Source of the DNA: Elusimicrobiota bacterium
GTDB lineage: Bacteria > Elusimicrobiota > Elusimicrobia > UBA1565 > UBA9628
NCBI GenBank assembly: GCA_043745445.1
Contig: JAYTSX010000238.1
Coordinates: 1-56,241, forward strand
Reading direction: 5' to 3'
Length of the DNA: 56,241 bases
Position 1 is the stretch's first letter, and the number at the start of each line of letters is the position of its first letter. Position numbers and translations under genes: made by a program. Below, piece after piece: positions 18,607 through 28,308 of this stretch. The notes below the pieces were generated by a model that saw only the letters and a program-made list of their open reading frames with translations, did not search any database and was not told the origin of the DNA.

Positions 18607-19683
18607 TTAGCGGAGCCTCATCGCGCGGCGGACTTCTTCCATCGTCTTTTGCGCGACGGCGCGCGCCTTGATGGCGCCGTCGGCAAGGATGGCGTCGACT
18701 TGCCCGGCCGAGAGCGCCTCGCGCCGCCGGCGGAACTCGTCGTACGGGCCCGACATCTCCGTCAGCAAATCCTTTTTGCAGGCGCCGCAGCCGAGCTGAC
18801 CCGCGCGGCACTCATCGCCGCGCTTGGCGACGAAGGCGGCGTCGGCGTAGAGCTTGTGCATCGAGTAGACCGAGCAGCCCGGCGGGTTCTCCGCGCACGG
18901 CTCGGGATGGCCCGGGTCCGTCGCGGCCGCACGCGTCGGATCGGTGTACATGCTCTTAATCTTCTTCTCGAGCGACGCGGCGGTCTCGTAGATGTCGACC
19001 GCATTGTTATACGACTTCGACATCTTGCGCGAGTCGGTGCCGGGAACTTTCGGCGTCGGCGTCAGGAGAGGCTGGGGCTCGGTGAAGATTTCGCCGAACG
19101 CATGATTGAATTTTCGGGCGATTTCGCGGGACAGTTCAACATGCGGAAGCTGATCCTGGCCGACCGGAACCTTGGTACCGTGGTAAAGAAGGATGTCGGC
19201 AGTTTGAAGAACGGGGTAGCCGAGAAAGCCGTAGGTGCGCAACTCCCTTTGGGCGGAGGTCGCGCCCTTCGCCGCGACGGCCGTCGCGGTCGAGCCGGCC
19301 GAGACCTGCTCATGCTTGGTCTTCGCCAGCTCCTGAAGCTGCTCCTTCCAGGTCGGGTTGTTTTCGAGCCACGACAAGGGGGTCACCATGCCCAGCATCA
19401 ACGCGAGCTCGGCGTGCTCGGGAACATCGGACTGCTTGAAGATCACGCACTTGGCGGGATCAAGCCCGGCCGCGAGCCAGTCGAGGACCATCTCGCGGCA
19501 GTTTTCCTGGAGTTTAGAGGTATCGTCGTAGCCGGTCGTCAGCATGTGCCAGTCGACAACCGAGAAAAAGCAGGGATATTGGGATTGGAGGGCGACCCAA
19601 TTCTTCAACGCCCCCCAGTAGTTTCCCAGGTGGAGGCGACCGGTGGGACGCATGCCGGAAAAGACGACATCCGCGCGCTTCAT
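18607..19683 (-). CDS. trpS: Tryptophan--tRNA ligase
   Basis: PTGRLHLGNYWGAL (HIGH-type) and KMSKS are present, and the length fits the long TrpS form. Confidence 0.9.
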   Translation of the reverse strand: MKRADVVFSGMRPTGRLHLGNYWGALKNWVALQSQYPCFFSVVDWHMLTTGYDDTSKLQENCREMVLDWLAAGLDPAKCVIFKQSDVPEHAELALMLGMVTPLSWLENNPTWKEQLQELAKTKHEQVSAGSTATAVAAKGATSAQRELRTYGFLGYPVLQTADILLYHGTKVPVGQDQLPHVELSREIARKFNHAFGEIFTEPQPLLTPTPKVPGTDSRKMSKSYNNAVDIYETAASLEKKIKSMYTDPTRAAATDPGHPEPCAENPPGCSVYSMHKLYADAAFVAKRGDECRAGQLGCGACKKDLLTEMSGPYDEFRRRREALSAGQVDAILADGAIKARAVAQKTMEEVRRAMRLR

Positions 19684-20870
19684 TCCGTCGGAATTCTAGC
19701 GTTTCTCGACGGCGAATTCCAGGGAATTGTGGCGAGAACGCCCCACACCAGGACCGAGGCGTACATCTTAAAGTAGCCCGCCAGAATGGCCCAGGGCCCC
19801 AGGCCGAGAGTCACGGCGAGCGACTTCGTCGAATCGAGCGCCGCCAAGGCGATGATCGCCGCGCGCAGGCCATTGGGGATGTCCGATTCGAGCGCCGCCA
19901 ACGCCGACGGAATCAAAATGAAGTAGCTGTAGTCTTTGAAGCGCGGCGCCAGAAGCGCGTAAGCCGCGCAGGAGAGCAGAATGGTCATCCTTTTCGCCGC
20001 AGCCTCATCCTGCACGGATGACCAGATGCGGCGCAACGCCGCGCCGGTCGCAGTCATAATGAACAGCGCCCAAGGGATAAATAGACGACGGGCCCAGATA
20101 GACGCCCGCGCGCGGTCACCCCACGCGGTCTCAAGAGCGTGCTGGAGAAAACCCAAGACCGCGCAATTATTCGGCCCGCGCTCATAGCGCCAGCCTTCAT
20201 GCGGGTCAGCCAACCGGTCACGGAACGAGGCGAGAAGACCGGGGTGCACGACCTCGTTGAGCCCGAATAGAAGGACGAACGCCGCCGCGCCAAGGAAGAA
20301 ATAGCGCCAAGCCGGACGCGGCCGCAGCAGAACGAGGCCGAGGAAGCCCGCAGGCTGGAGCTTGATGAGAGCCGCCACGGCGATCGTCAGGACGAAGGGC
20401 AGGTCCCGGCCCGCCACGAACAACGCGAACGCGCTCCAAATCAGGAAGAATTCGAACGCCGCGCCGTTGCCGCAGCGCAGCACGACAAACAGCGGTCCGC
20501 CGAAGGCGAATAGGGCGAAGATCAGCCGCAATGCATCCGGCCCCGGTCCCAGGAAGAACCGTCGCCATATCCAGAGCAAGCCCAGGAACAACAGGACCGT
20601 CAAGGCGTTCCACGCGCGCACGGCCAGACGCGGATTGGCGTCCATCAGCGCGGCCACGGGACGGTACAGATCGATGGCCAGAGGCGGGTACATGCACGGA
20701 TAGGTGATGTCCTCGATCACGACGTCGCGGGCGTAGGGGTCGCGGCCGGCGCCAAGCTCGCGCGCGCAGGCCGCGTATACCTTCAGATCCCAGGCGCGTC
20801 CCGGCGCCAGAAAAAAGCCCGCCGCGACGGCCAGACCGGCGGCAAGGAGAAGCGAAGCTCGACGGCTCAT
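19680..20870 (-). CDS. Polytopic membrane protein, DUF2029/GT87-like glycosyltransferase candidate
   Basis: The protein has about 10 TM helices and the N-terminal motif GRDPYA....YPCMYPPL, which is typical of that family as I recall it. It has 4-nt overlaps with both neighbours. Confidence 0.5.
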   Translation of the reverse strand: MSRRASLLLAAGLAVAAGFFLAPGRAWDLKVYAACARELGAGRDPYARDVVIEDITYPCMYPPLAIDLYRPVAALMDANPRLAVRAWNALTVLLFLGLLWIWRRFFLGPGPDALRLIFALFAFGGPLFVVLRCGNGAAFEFFLIWSAFALFVAGRDLPFVLTIAVAALIKLQPAGFLGLVLLRPRPAWRYFFLGAAAFVLLFGLNEVVHPGLLASFRDRLADPHEGWRYERGPNNCAVLGFLQHALETAWGDRARASIWARRLFIPWALFIMTATGAALRRIWSSVQDEAAAKRMTILLSCAAYALLAPRFKDYSYFILIPSALAALESDIPNGLRAAIIALAALDSTKSLAVTLGLGPWAILAGYFKMYASVLVWGVLATIPWNSPSRNARIPTE

Positions 20871-22063
20871 TTATTTTTAAGCCAGGCCAACGCGACGGCG
20901 CGGGTCTTCAACTTGCCCGCGCGCTGCAGGCGGGCGGCCTCGTCCAAAAGCGCCTGGAACTCCGGGCCCGGCTTGAGTCCGGCGGCGATGAGGTCGGCTC
21001 CAGTCAGGTAGCTAGGCTTGAGCGCGCCGGACGGAAGCTTCGGCAGGAAACGAGTCACGGCTTTGACGACGAGCGGTTGGGGCGCCATGCGCGGTGACTT
21101 GTCCGAGAAGGCCAAGGCCAAGGCGTCTTGAAGAAGCGCGCGCAACTGATGCGGGTGCGGGAAAGCGTCTACGAAGGCGCGGCCCTTCTTCGCCCCCAGC
21201 GCCAGCGCAAGCGCCGCCATGCGGGGCTCGACGCCCGCGGGCAAAGCGATCTTCCAAGGCAATTCCGCATGGAGCAACGGCAGATAGCCCCAGGCCTTCA
21301 ACAGCGCGAACGCCGCCCTCGGATCCTTCTCTCCCAAAAGACTGGTGAACTCATGCAGACGACGATGAGGCGACAACTTACCCGCATGACCGTCCGCCAA
21401 CGCCGCCTTGGCCTCATCGATCATGCCGGCGGCGGGACGAAAGTCGAACCGGCCTAGAAAGCGCGCCGCGCGGAACACCCGCGTCGGATCGTCACGAAAG
21501 CTCAGCCGATGCAGGACGCGAAGGATCCGATCCTTCAGGTCGCGCGCGCCTCCGTAGGGGTCGGTCAAGGAAAGAGAGCCGTCATCAAGACGCACCGCGA
21601 GGGCGTTGATCGTGAAGTCGCGCCGGAACAGGTCGCGCTCGATTGGAACGCGAAAAGCGTCGACCACGGGAAGGCAGGCCGGTTCGGGATAGGACTCGGC
21701 GCGCGTCGTCGCGATGTCCACCCGGAACTTTCCCGTCGAGACGATGCGGCGCGTGCCGAAGCGTCCGAAGATCTCGACGGTTCCGCCAAGCAGGTGAGCC
21801 GCGACGGCGGCGATGGGATCTGGATCTCCCGCGACCGTCAGGTCGAGATCGAAGCTGGGCCGGCGCATAAGCCAGTCGCGAACCGGGCCGCCGACCGCGT
21901 ACAGCGGCGTACCGCGCACGCGTGCCGCTTCGGCGAGAGGTCTGAGTATTTGCGCCGCCGCGGCGGGAACGACGACGCGGCCGCCGGTCAAATCGACGCC
22001 ATCGCGGCGGGCGGCAGGACCGAGGCGGGATCCTTTTCCAGCTTCGACAGATAGTCGGACCAA
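20867..22063 (-). CDS. cca: CCA-adding enzyme / poly(A) polymerase-family tRNA nucleotidyltransferase
   Basis: LYAVGGPVRDWLMRRPSFDLDLTV and RRDFTINALA are present. The true start is uncertain: a TTG at 21991 would give a TTGA overlap with the upstream stop, instead of the 76-nt overlap implied by the longest ORF. Confidence 0.8.
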   Translation of the reverse strand: MVRLSVEAGKGSRLGPAARRDGVDLTGGRVVVPAAAAQILRPLAEAARVRGTPLYAVGGPVRDWLMRRPSFDLDLTVAGDPDPIAAVAAHLLGGTVEIFGRFGTRRIVSTGKFRVDIATTRAESYPEPACLPVVDAFRVPIERDLFRRDFTINALAVRLDDGSLSLTDPYGGARDLKDRILRVLHRLSFRDDPTRVFRAARFLGRFDFRPAAGMIDEAKAALADGHAGKLSPHRRLHEFTSLLGEKDPRAAFALLKAWGYLPLLHAELPWKIALPAGVEPRMAALALALGAKKGRAFVDAFPHPHQLRALLQDALALAFSDKSPRMAPQPLVVKAVTRFLPKLPSGALKPSYLTGADLIAAGLKPGPEFQALLDEAARLQRAGKLKTRAVALAWLKNK

Positions 22064-22641
22064 GCCTTAAGGCGGTCGTTGGCCTCGACGAGCTTTTTGA
22101 TGCCGGCGATGACTCCGTCGCGCGTCGGGACCTTGCCCGTGAACGGGAGCCACGACGGGGCGTCGTGCGCACGCGCCCAGGCGGGGCTCGCCTTGTAGAC
22201 CGAAAGCTTAAGATCCTTCGCGAAGAACCCCATGACATCGCGCTCGTCGCGTCGCCAATCTTCTTTTTCAAGAAGCTGGGCGAGCCCCTCAGGTCCGAAG
22301 AAGACTTCGGGTTCGTGGCCGACCGGCAAATGATCGCCCAGCGCCTCGCGCATCGCGGCGAAATCAGCCTTCATCTTGTCGCGCCATTTCGTTTCCTCGG
22401 CCTTGTAGGACATCGGGAAAATGAAGGCGAGAATTTCGTCTGCCGGCTCATAGTAAATCCACGCCGCCTCGGGCACGAAGGCCGCGCCGCACGACGGGCA
22501 GAGGAGCAGGTTGCACTCCATGGCCTTGGCCTGGTCGCGCAAAAGCTCATCCTTGCCGCCGTGCACGAAGCTCCAGATCGGCGCCTCGAATCCGTCCGTG
22601 CAGGAGAGGCAGTTCGCTTCGATGGTTCCTTGAAATGACAT
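21988..22641 (-). CDS. CpXC-domain zinc-ribbon-like protein, function unknown
   Basis: There are two CxxC pairs (CLSCTDGF ... CPSCGAAF) in the N-terminal ~60 aa. TATAAT lies 6 nt upstream of the ATG. Confidence 0.55.
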   Translation of the reverse strand: MSFQGTIEANCLSCTDGFEAPIWSFVHGGKDELLRDQAKAMECNLLLCPSCGAAFVPEAAWIYYEPADEILAFIFPMSYKAEETKWRDKMKADFAAMREALGDHLPVGHEPEVFFGPEGLAQLLEKEDWRRDERDVMGFFAKDLKLSVYKASPAWARAHDAPSWLPFTGKVPTRDGVIAGIKKLVEANDRLKAWSDYLSKLEKDPASVLPPAAMASI

Positions 22642-22647
22642 AAGGTG

Positions 22648-22653
22648 ATTATA
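22648..22653 (-). promoter_or_regulatory. -10 box TATAAT, 6 nt upstream of ATG 22641 (CpXC gene)
   Basis: It is a consensus hexamer on the minus strand, just downstream of the stop codon of the preceding gene (22656-22658). Confidence 0.5.
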
Positions 22654-22655
22654 GC

Positions 22656-25600
22656 CTAGCGCGTCAAACGACGGAAGTATTCTTTAATCGCGGAGTCGTG
22701 GACGGCAGGGCGCGGCTCGCGCAGGGAACGCTCAAGCTCTTCTCGGAGCTCGCGCGGAGGCCGGTACTCATCCGCGGAGGGCAGGCGCACCCTGCCGGTG
22801 GCGCTTCCACGGGTGCCGCGCGCCGCGCCGCGCATGACGCCTCCGGGAATCTCGAAAGGGCGGCTCATCCCCTCGCCCGAGCCGCTGGATCCGCCCTCGC
22901 CGCCGGAAGAACTCTTGTCGCCGTCTTGAAGTATCGAGAGCGCGGCTTCTCCATGACGAAGCCCCTCGGTCGAGTCGCCGCGCCTGAGAGATTTTTCACC
23001 CTCGCCTTGCTCGGACATCGCCTCGTCGATGCGGCGGACCGGGCCTCCGGGCATAAAACCGAGGAGCCCCGCCGCACTGGAGACTTCACGACGCAGGCGT
23101 CCGGCCGACTCCCGCGCCGCGGACTGCGCATCGGCCGCCTCACCCATCGAGACCGGATCAAGCGGGGAGCCATCAACGCCGCGCTCGAGGGCGGCGGCGG
23201 CGCCGTCGAGCGTTTTTACGGCGCGCATGTGACGGATCGCTTCGTCGGGCTTCCCCGCCTTGAGGCTTTCTCGCGCGGCGCGGGCCGCGCGGGCGGTTTC
23301 GGCGGAGGGCGCCGAGGCCAACGCCGAATCGATCGCGTCCTGCGTCTTCAACAAAAGCTCCTTCTGAGCGCGCACCGTCGCCGCCAGGCGCGCGTTCTCG
23401 CGCTGCCGAGCGGCCTCAACGGCTTTTTCCTGACGCGCGACCGCTTCGCGCCACGCCTGGGCCACCTGCGCCGCCCCTTCCTTGGCGCGGCCCGCTTGCG
23501 ACTTGGCGACGCGCATTCCCGACTCACGCAAGCCCTTCGAGACACGAGAGAGCTTCTCAGCAAGATCCTTCGCCGCTTTCGCGGCGCCGGCGGCGTCGCC
23601 ATTCTGCAGGGCACGGCGCAAGGCGCTCGCGGCCTCGCGCGCCCCGCCGAGCGGGAGCTCACGGACCTTGCTCGTTTCCTCCGCCGCTTGAGGCAGCGCC
23701 TCGATCGATTTTCGGAGTTCCTCAAGCGCCGCGTCCACGGAGGCCAACGCCTTCTGGAGCTCAGCCGATTCCGCCGGAGTGAGCGTGTCCTTCATGCGTT
23801 GGATGGACTCCCCCATCTCACGGCCCTCGCGTTCCGCGTCAAAAGCGCGGTCAGCCATGTCCTGCGCGTTTTGCACGCTCGAGCCGGCGCGCAGAGCGGA
23901 GGCGGCGGCGCGGGCCTGCTCGGCCAAAGCCGCCTGCTCGCGCGCGGCGCGCGGAAGGTCACGCTCTTTGAGCGCCGCGGCGGCTTTAGGCAAACCTTCC
24001 ATGCCCGCGGAGGCCAAGCTTTCGGCGGCGGCGGCGGCCTGATCGGCGAGGCCGGGGTTGGCGCGGGGATCGAGGCGCATCGATTCGTTCCAGGCCATAA
24101 GCGCGCCCGCGGCGGCGGACCAAAGCCCCGCGACGGGCTTCGCGGCCGCACTCGCCGCTTCCTCGCTCTCGGAGGCGGCGGCTTTCGCGGCGGCCTCCGC
24201 CGCGGCGGCGGCCCGGTCAAGGGCCGCCAGTGCTTTCTCACGCGCCGCGAGCGCTTCGGTGTGCGTGGCATCCACGTCCACGACCTCAACGGAGCCCTTC
24301 TCGGAGCGCGCGGACTGAGGTGGCGTGGCGTCGTCAGCCGCCTCGAGCCAAAACTCAACGATGCTCCCCGGGGCGTACGAATGCAGGGCCAGCGACGCGT
24401 CTCCAAGCGTTTCGGCTGAGCCGCGCTCAAACGGCAAAGCGCGGCGCGCGTCACCTTTCGGCGAATGGATCACAAGTTCAAGCCGCGTCAGGGCGCCGTC
24501 GTCACGCGCGGTGTATGCGATCGTAATGGCATCCCGCTGCCCGGCCTGCAGCGGCACCTGGGGGGACAAAAGCTCCACGGAGGGCTTCGCGTCGCCGAGC
24601 ACCGACAGCGCGTAAGCGGGCGGAGAAGGATCGCGCCGCTCATCCGCCGCGATGAGAAGGAGCGACAGCGTCGCATCTTCCTGGGCCAAAAAGCCCCCCG
24701 ACCAGGAACCGTCGCCAGCCGCGCGCATCGGAATCGGCGCGGGCAGGCTCGAGAGCCTTAGCACGGCCGAAGCGAGCGGAGCGTCGGCTTCGCCGCGCAC
24801 CGAGACCCAATCACCGCGCCGCGCGCGCACCGGCGCGTCCTGCCCCAGAACGAAAGTCTTGACCCCGCGTGCGCCGTGCACGATCGCTTCACCGTTCTTA
24901 AAACGGGGAGCGGGAATCGCGCGCAAGCGCCGCGCGCTCGTCACGAGATCCCGCCGGCGCGCGCGATAATCGAGCGTTCCCACCAATGCCCCCGTCTCGA
25001 AAGAGGCGGAGCCCGCGTCCACGGCGTCCCACATCGCCGCACGCCACGCTCCGTCGGCGCCTCGCGTCTCAAGGCCAAGATCCGCACCGCGCAGACCGGC
25101 CGCCGTTCCCTCCGCCGTTAAACGCGCGGTCAGGTTGACCGTCGCACCCCAATCAACGCTGGCGTCGCCGGGAAGAAGATCGACGAGCCGGTCAAGCGGC
25201 GCATCGCGCCACGGAGCCAGGACGCGTATCCATGTCCCGTGGGTCCCGATGGCGAGTCCCAGGCAAACAATTGCGGCGAGACCGCCGGCGCGGGCCGCGC
25301 GAGACGGCGTCCACGAGTACAACGGCTCGCCGGGCAGATCCGCGGCCAATGCGTCGGCACGCGTGAGATGCTCGCGGCGAAGTTCGACGGACACATCGCG
25401 TCCACCGGGATCATCGCGCAAGGACCACGCCGAGGCGAGCATCGGCCGTGTCGCGGGCCAGAGTCGCGACGCGTCCGAGAATATCGACTCCCACCCGCCC
25501 GCGCGCAAAGGCAAGAGCAGACCGCGCCAGGCCTGAACGCCCAGGGCCCCGGCCCCGGCCAACCAGGCGGCCGCTCGGATCGATTGCGGCAAGGTCAGGA

Positions 25601-25727
25601 ATCGATCGGCCGTAGTCAGCGCTCCCGCTGCGGCAAGCCCCCAGCCGACCGTGCGGGCCACGGCTTCGAAAACGATGGCTTGACGGCGCTGGGCGCGCCA
25701 TGCGAGCGCGCGTTCTTCGAGGCTCAT
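22656..25727 (-). CDS. Large membrane-anchored protein, DUF4175-like (two N-terminal TM helices, beta-rich region, long Ala/Glu-rich helical region)
   Basis: The 1023-aa ORF has N-terminal TM helices (TVGWGLAAAGALTT, AAAWLAGAGALGV) and a central low-complexity A/E/K/R helical region. Its C-terminal tail ends in ...IKEYFRRLTR. The family call is from memory of Bat-type loci. Confidence 0.55.
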   Translation of the reverse strand: MSLEERALAWRAQRRQAIVFEAVARTVGWGLAAAGALTTADRFLTLPQSIRAAAWLAGAGALGVQAWRGLLLPLRAGGWESIFSDASRLWPATRPMLASAWSLRDDPGGRDVSVELRREHLTRADALAADLPGEPLYSWTPSRAARAGGLAAIVCLGLAIGTHGTWIRVLAPWRDAPLDRLVDLLPGDASVDWGATVNLTARLTAEGTAAGLRGADLGLETRGADGAWRAAMWDAVDAGSASFETGALVGTLDYRARRRDLVTSARRLRAIPAPRFKNGEAIVHGARGVKTFVLGQDAPVRARRGDWVSVRGEADAPLASAVLRLSSLPAPIPMRAAGDGSWSGGFLAQEDATLSLLLIAADERRDPSPPAYALSVLGDAKPSVELLSPQVPLQAGQRDAITIAYTARDDGALTRLELVIHSPKGDARRALPFERGSAETLGDASLALHSYAPGSIVEFWLEAADDATPPQSARSEKGSVEVVDVDATHTEALAAREKALAALDRAAAAAEAAAKAAASESEEAASAAAKPVAGLWSAAAGALMAWNESMRLDPRANPGLADQAAAAAESLASAGMEGLPKAAAALKERDLPRAAREQAALAEQARAAASALRAGSSVQNAQDMADRAFDAEREGREMGESIQRMKDTLTPAESAELQKALASVDAALEELRKSIEALPQAAEETSKVRELPLGGAREAASALRRALQNGDAAGAAKAAKDLAEKLSRVSKGLRESGMRVAKSQAGRAKEGAAQVAQAWREAVARQEKAVEAARQRENARLAATVRAQKELLLKTQDAIDSALASAPSAETARAARAARESLKAGKPDEAIRHMRAVKTLDGAAAALERGVDGSPLDPVSMGEAADAQSAARESAGRLRREVSSAAGLLGFMPGGPVRRIDEAMSEQGEGEKSLRRGDSTEGLRHGEAALSILQDGDKSSSGGEGGSSGSGEGMSRPFEIPGGVMRGAARGTRGSATGRVRLPSADEYRPPRELREELERSLREPRPAVHDSAIKEYFRRLTR

Positions 25728-25733
25728 TGGAGC

Positions 25734-25739
25734 AGTGTA
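25734..25739 (-). promoter_or_regulatory. -10 box TACACT, 6 nt upstream of ATG 25727
   Basis: Read on the minus strand upstream of the DUF4175-like gene. Confidence 0.4.
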
Positions 25740-25775
25740 CCGAAAGCGTCGAGGCCGCGCCAGAGCGGGCGGCGT

Positions 25776-26102
25776 TTAAGCGGCTTCGGGGACGCGCGGC
25801 GAGGACAGGCGGTCTTCGGCTTCGCGAACATCCTTCAGAGCCTGGCGGCGGCGGTCGATCGAGAGCTCGGGGAGGCGTTTCTTGTCGTGATCGCGCTCGA
25901 TCTCCATCAAAATGTCCTCGGCGCGCACCGAATCGGCGTAGGGCCGGGCGTGAAACAAGGAGTGCCAACCGGTTTGAATTTCGTACACCGCGTCCCACTC
26001 GTGGAGGATCGTCTCGAGGAGGGTTTTCAGCACCATGCCCACTCCCACGAGGCCTACCGTGAGGGTGAACATGAACTTGATGTACATCTCCATTGAGCTC
26101 AT
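25776..26102 (-). CDS. Small N-terminally anchored protein, function unknown
   Basis: The 108-aa ORF has a TM segment (FMFTLTVGLVGVGMVL). TACAAT lies 6 nt upstream of the ATG. Confidence 0.4.
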   Translation of the reverse strand: MSSMEMYIKFMFTLTVGLVGVGMVLKTLLETILHEWDAVYEIQTGWHSLFHARPYADSVRAEDILMEIERDHDKKRLPELSIDRRRQALKDVREAEDRLSSPRVPEAA

Positions 26103-26108
26103 ATCAAC

Positions 26109-26114
26109 ATTGTA
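26109..26114 (-). promoter_or_regulatory. -10 box TACAAT, 6 nt upstream of ATG 26102
   Basis: Read on the minus strand upstream of the 108-aa gene. Confidence 0.45.
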
Positions 26115-26180
26115 GCGGCAGAGCGGGTCCGGCGCACGGGCCGACGGGGCCCGTTAAAAGGGGCCCAAGGACCTGGGTAA

Positions 26181-26202
26181 ATATAGGCCATAAGACCTAT
26201 AT
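26181..26202 (-). terminator. Weak terminator-like hairpin at the end of the MFS gene
   Basis: ATATAGG (26181-87) and CCTATAT (26196-202) form a 7-bp stem with an 8-nt loop. The stem includes the stop codon. Only UU follows it on the transcript. Confidence 0.3.
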
Positions 26203-27387
26203 CTCCCTCATGCGCCGCCCGTAGCCAAGGGCAAGCGTGGCCATGCACACAGCCATGCCGGCGGTGGTCCAGGGTACACCAATACGCGAGGCAAGCCCGC
26301 CCGCCAGGAAGCTTCCCAGCGGGGAAAGGCCGATAAAGATCATGGAATAGAAGCTCATCACGCGGCCACGATGACGGTCGTCGGACAGTTCCTGAAGCGC
26401 GGTGTTCGCCCCGGCCAACACCCGAATCGCGAACCAGCCCATCATGGCCATGCAGACGCAAGATAGCCAGAAATTGCGCGACCAGGCCATGCCGGCCGAC
26501 GCGAGGGCCATGCCCATCGTCCCGAACACGATCTCGCCGCCAACGCCGGCCGCGCCGCGTCGCCGCGCCAAGGCTAAGGCCCCGAGCGTCGCACCCACGC
26601 CCGAGAACGAGGACAAGATGCCGAGTCCTTTTACACCGGCATGCAGAACATCTTCGGCGAACACCGGCATCAAGGTATAGACCGGGAGGCCCGCCACGCT
26701 CACAACGATCAGCGCCAGCAGGACGAGGCGGATCGGCTCGTTGGCGAAGGCGTAGGACATGCCGTCGCCGATTTCCTGCCAGGGCCCGCCGCGCGGCGCG
26801 GCCGGTGGAGGCTGACGCACGTCGCGCATCGCCTTAAGCGCGATCAGCACGGCGACATAGCTGAGCGCGTTGATTGCGAAACAGCCGGCCTCGCCCGCAT
26901 AGGCGATCGCCAGGCCGGCGAGGGCCGGGCCGATGATGCGCGAGGCATTGACCACGGTCGAGTTAAGCGCGATCGCATTGTGGCGATGATCGACGGGAAC
27001 CAGCTCTCCGATCAAAACTTGGCGGGCGGGCATATCGAAGGCGTTGACCACGCCAAGGCCCATCGACAGCGCGAACACATGCCAGACCTCAATGTGCCCT
27101 CCCCAGGTCAGAAGGGCCAACAGCGCGGCTTGGATCATCGCGAGGAACTGCGTGCGCTTGACCAGGCGCAGATGGTCGGCGTGGTCCACGGCGAAGCCCG
27201 CGTAAAAACCGAGCACGAACACCGGGAACTGGCCGACGACAGCGACGAGGCCAAGCATCAGCGGGTCTCTCGTCAGACGGTAGACGAGCCACGCCTGGGC
27301 GGTGTTCTGCATCCATGACCCGGTCAGCGAGACGAACTGGCCGAAGAAGAAGAGCCGGAAATTCCGGTGACTCAGCGCGGAGAACAT
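26197..27387 (-). CDS. MFS transporter (EntS/DUF894-like)
   Basis: The protein has 12 predicted TM helices and the N-terminus RNFRLFFFGQFVSLTGSWMQ, which is typical of this MFS subgroup. Confidence 0.8.
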   Translation of the reverse strand: MFSALSHRNFRLFFFGQFVSLTGSWMQNTAQAWLVYRLTRDPLMLGLVAVVGQFPVFVLGFYAGFAVDHADHLRLVKRTQFLAMIQAALLALLTWGGHIEVWHVFALSMGLGVVNAFDMPARQVLIGELVPVDHRHNAIALNSTVVNASRIIGPALAGLAIAYAGEAGCFAINALSYVAVLIALKAMRDVRQPPPAAPRGGPWQEIGDGMSYAFANEPIRLVLLALIVVSVAGLPVYTLMPVFAEDVLHAGVKGLGILSSFSGVGATLGALALARRRGAAGVGGEIVFGTMGMALASAGMAWSRNFWLSCVCMAMMGWFAIRVLAGANTALQELSDDRHRGRVMSFYSMIFIGLSPLGSFLAGGLASRIGVPWTTAGMAVCMATLALGYGRRMREI

Positions 27388-28301
27388 AGCTCCGAGGCGC
27401 GGTCAAGCAGGGCCGCCGCGCGCGGGGACAGAGGCTTGGAGTCCAGCAGCTCGGTCAGCTGCGCCGTCGTACGCGCGCCGAGGGTTGCGCTCGCGATAAA
27501 GGGCTTGGTCAAGATCCAGCCGAGCGCCGCTTGCGCGCAGGTCGAGCGTTCGAGCGTCGCAACCGACTGCAGGACGCTCACGAGTGCCGCGCCCTGCTCC
27601 GGCTGAACATAGGGGAAAGCGCCGCCCGCGGAGCGCCGTCCGGTAGCGCCCGCCGCCGCGTACTTACCGCTGAGCAGACCGCCCGCGAGCGGGCTCCACG
27701 CGATCAGCGCGACTGCGTCGCGCCGCGCGACCGGCACCAGGTCATTCTCCGGAAAGCGGGCGGCAAGGCTGTACTGGACCTGGTCAAATGAGAAGCGTCC
27801 GCCGGCGGATACGAGCTGAGCGCCGGAGAAGTTGGAACAGCCAAGAACTTGCACCTTGCCCGCCTTGACGAGCGCTTCGAGCGCCCTGAGTGTTTTCTCA
27901 AGCGGAACCTCGAAGTCCCATCCGTGCGGCATGTACAGGTCGACATGATCGGTTTTAAGCCGCTTGAGGCTTCCCTCGATCGCGCGACTGATCCAACGCG
28001 CCGACAGCCCACCGGTCGCCTTATCATCGAGGTCCATCTGCCCGAGAACCTTAGTCGCGATGAGAACCTTCTTGCGTCGGCCTTTGAGAAGGCGCCCGAG
28101 CATCTCCTCGGCGGCTCCGCGCCCGTAAATATCAGCGGTATCGATAAGATTCACGCCGCGCTCCAGCGCGAGATCGATCAAAGAGGACGCCGTCTTGTCA
28201 TCGATCGCGCCGATCTTGTGCCAATCGGCGCCGAAGTTCATCGTGCCCAGGGAGAGCGCCGAAATCTTGAGACCGGACCGGCCGAGGGGGTTCATCTTCA
28301 C
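27372..28301 (-). CDS. Aldo/keto reductase
   Basis: LGRSGLKISALSLGTMNFG, IDTADIYG and the HVDLYMPH-type motifs are present. The start could be GTG 28301 or ATG 28295. Confidence 0.85.
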   Translation of the reverse strand: MKMNPLGRSGLKISALSLGTMNFGADWHKIGAIDDKTASSLIDLALERGVNLIDTADIYGRGAAEEMLGRLLKGRRKKVLIATKVLGQMDLDDKATGGLSARWISRAIEGSLKRLKTDHVDLYMPHGWDFEVPLEKTLRALEALVKAGKVQVLGCSNFSGAQLVSAGGRFSFDQVQYSLAARFPENDLVPVARRDAVALIAWSPLAGGLLSGKYAAAGATGRRSAGGAFPYVQPEQGAALVSVLQSVATLERSTCAQAALGWILTKPFIASATLGARTTAQLTELLDSKPLSPRAAALLDRASELCSPR

Positions 28302-28308
28302 GACGATC

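Noticed and set aside
18166-19776. A 536-aa plus-strand ORF
   Set aside because: It lies entirely antisense to trpS and scpA, which have unmistakable motifs. It has Arg/Leu/Gly-rich composition typical of stop-free antisense frames in GC-rich DNA.
22698-24419. A 573-aa plus-strand ORF, plus many 60-220-aa ORFs in the same region
   Set aside because: They are antisense or out of frame relative to the Ala/Glu-rich part of the DUF4175-like gene. They have Arg/Gly-rich low-complexity composition.
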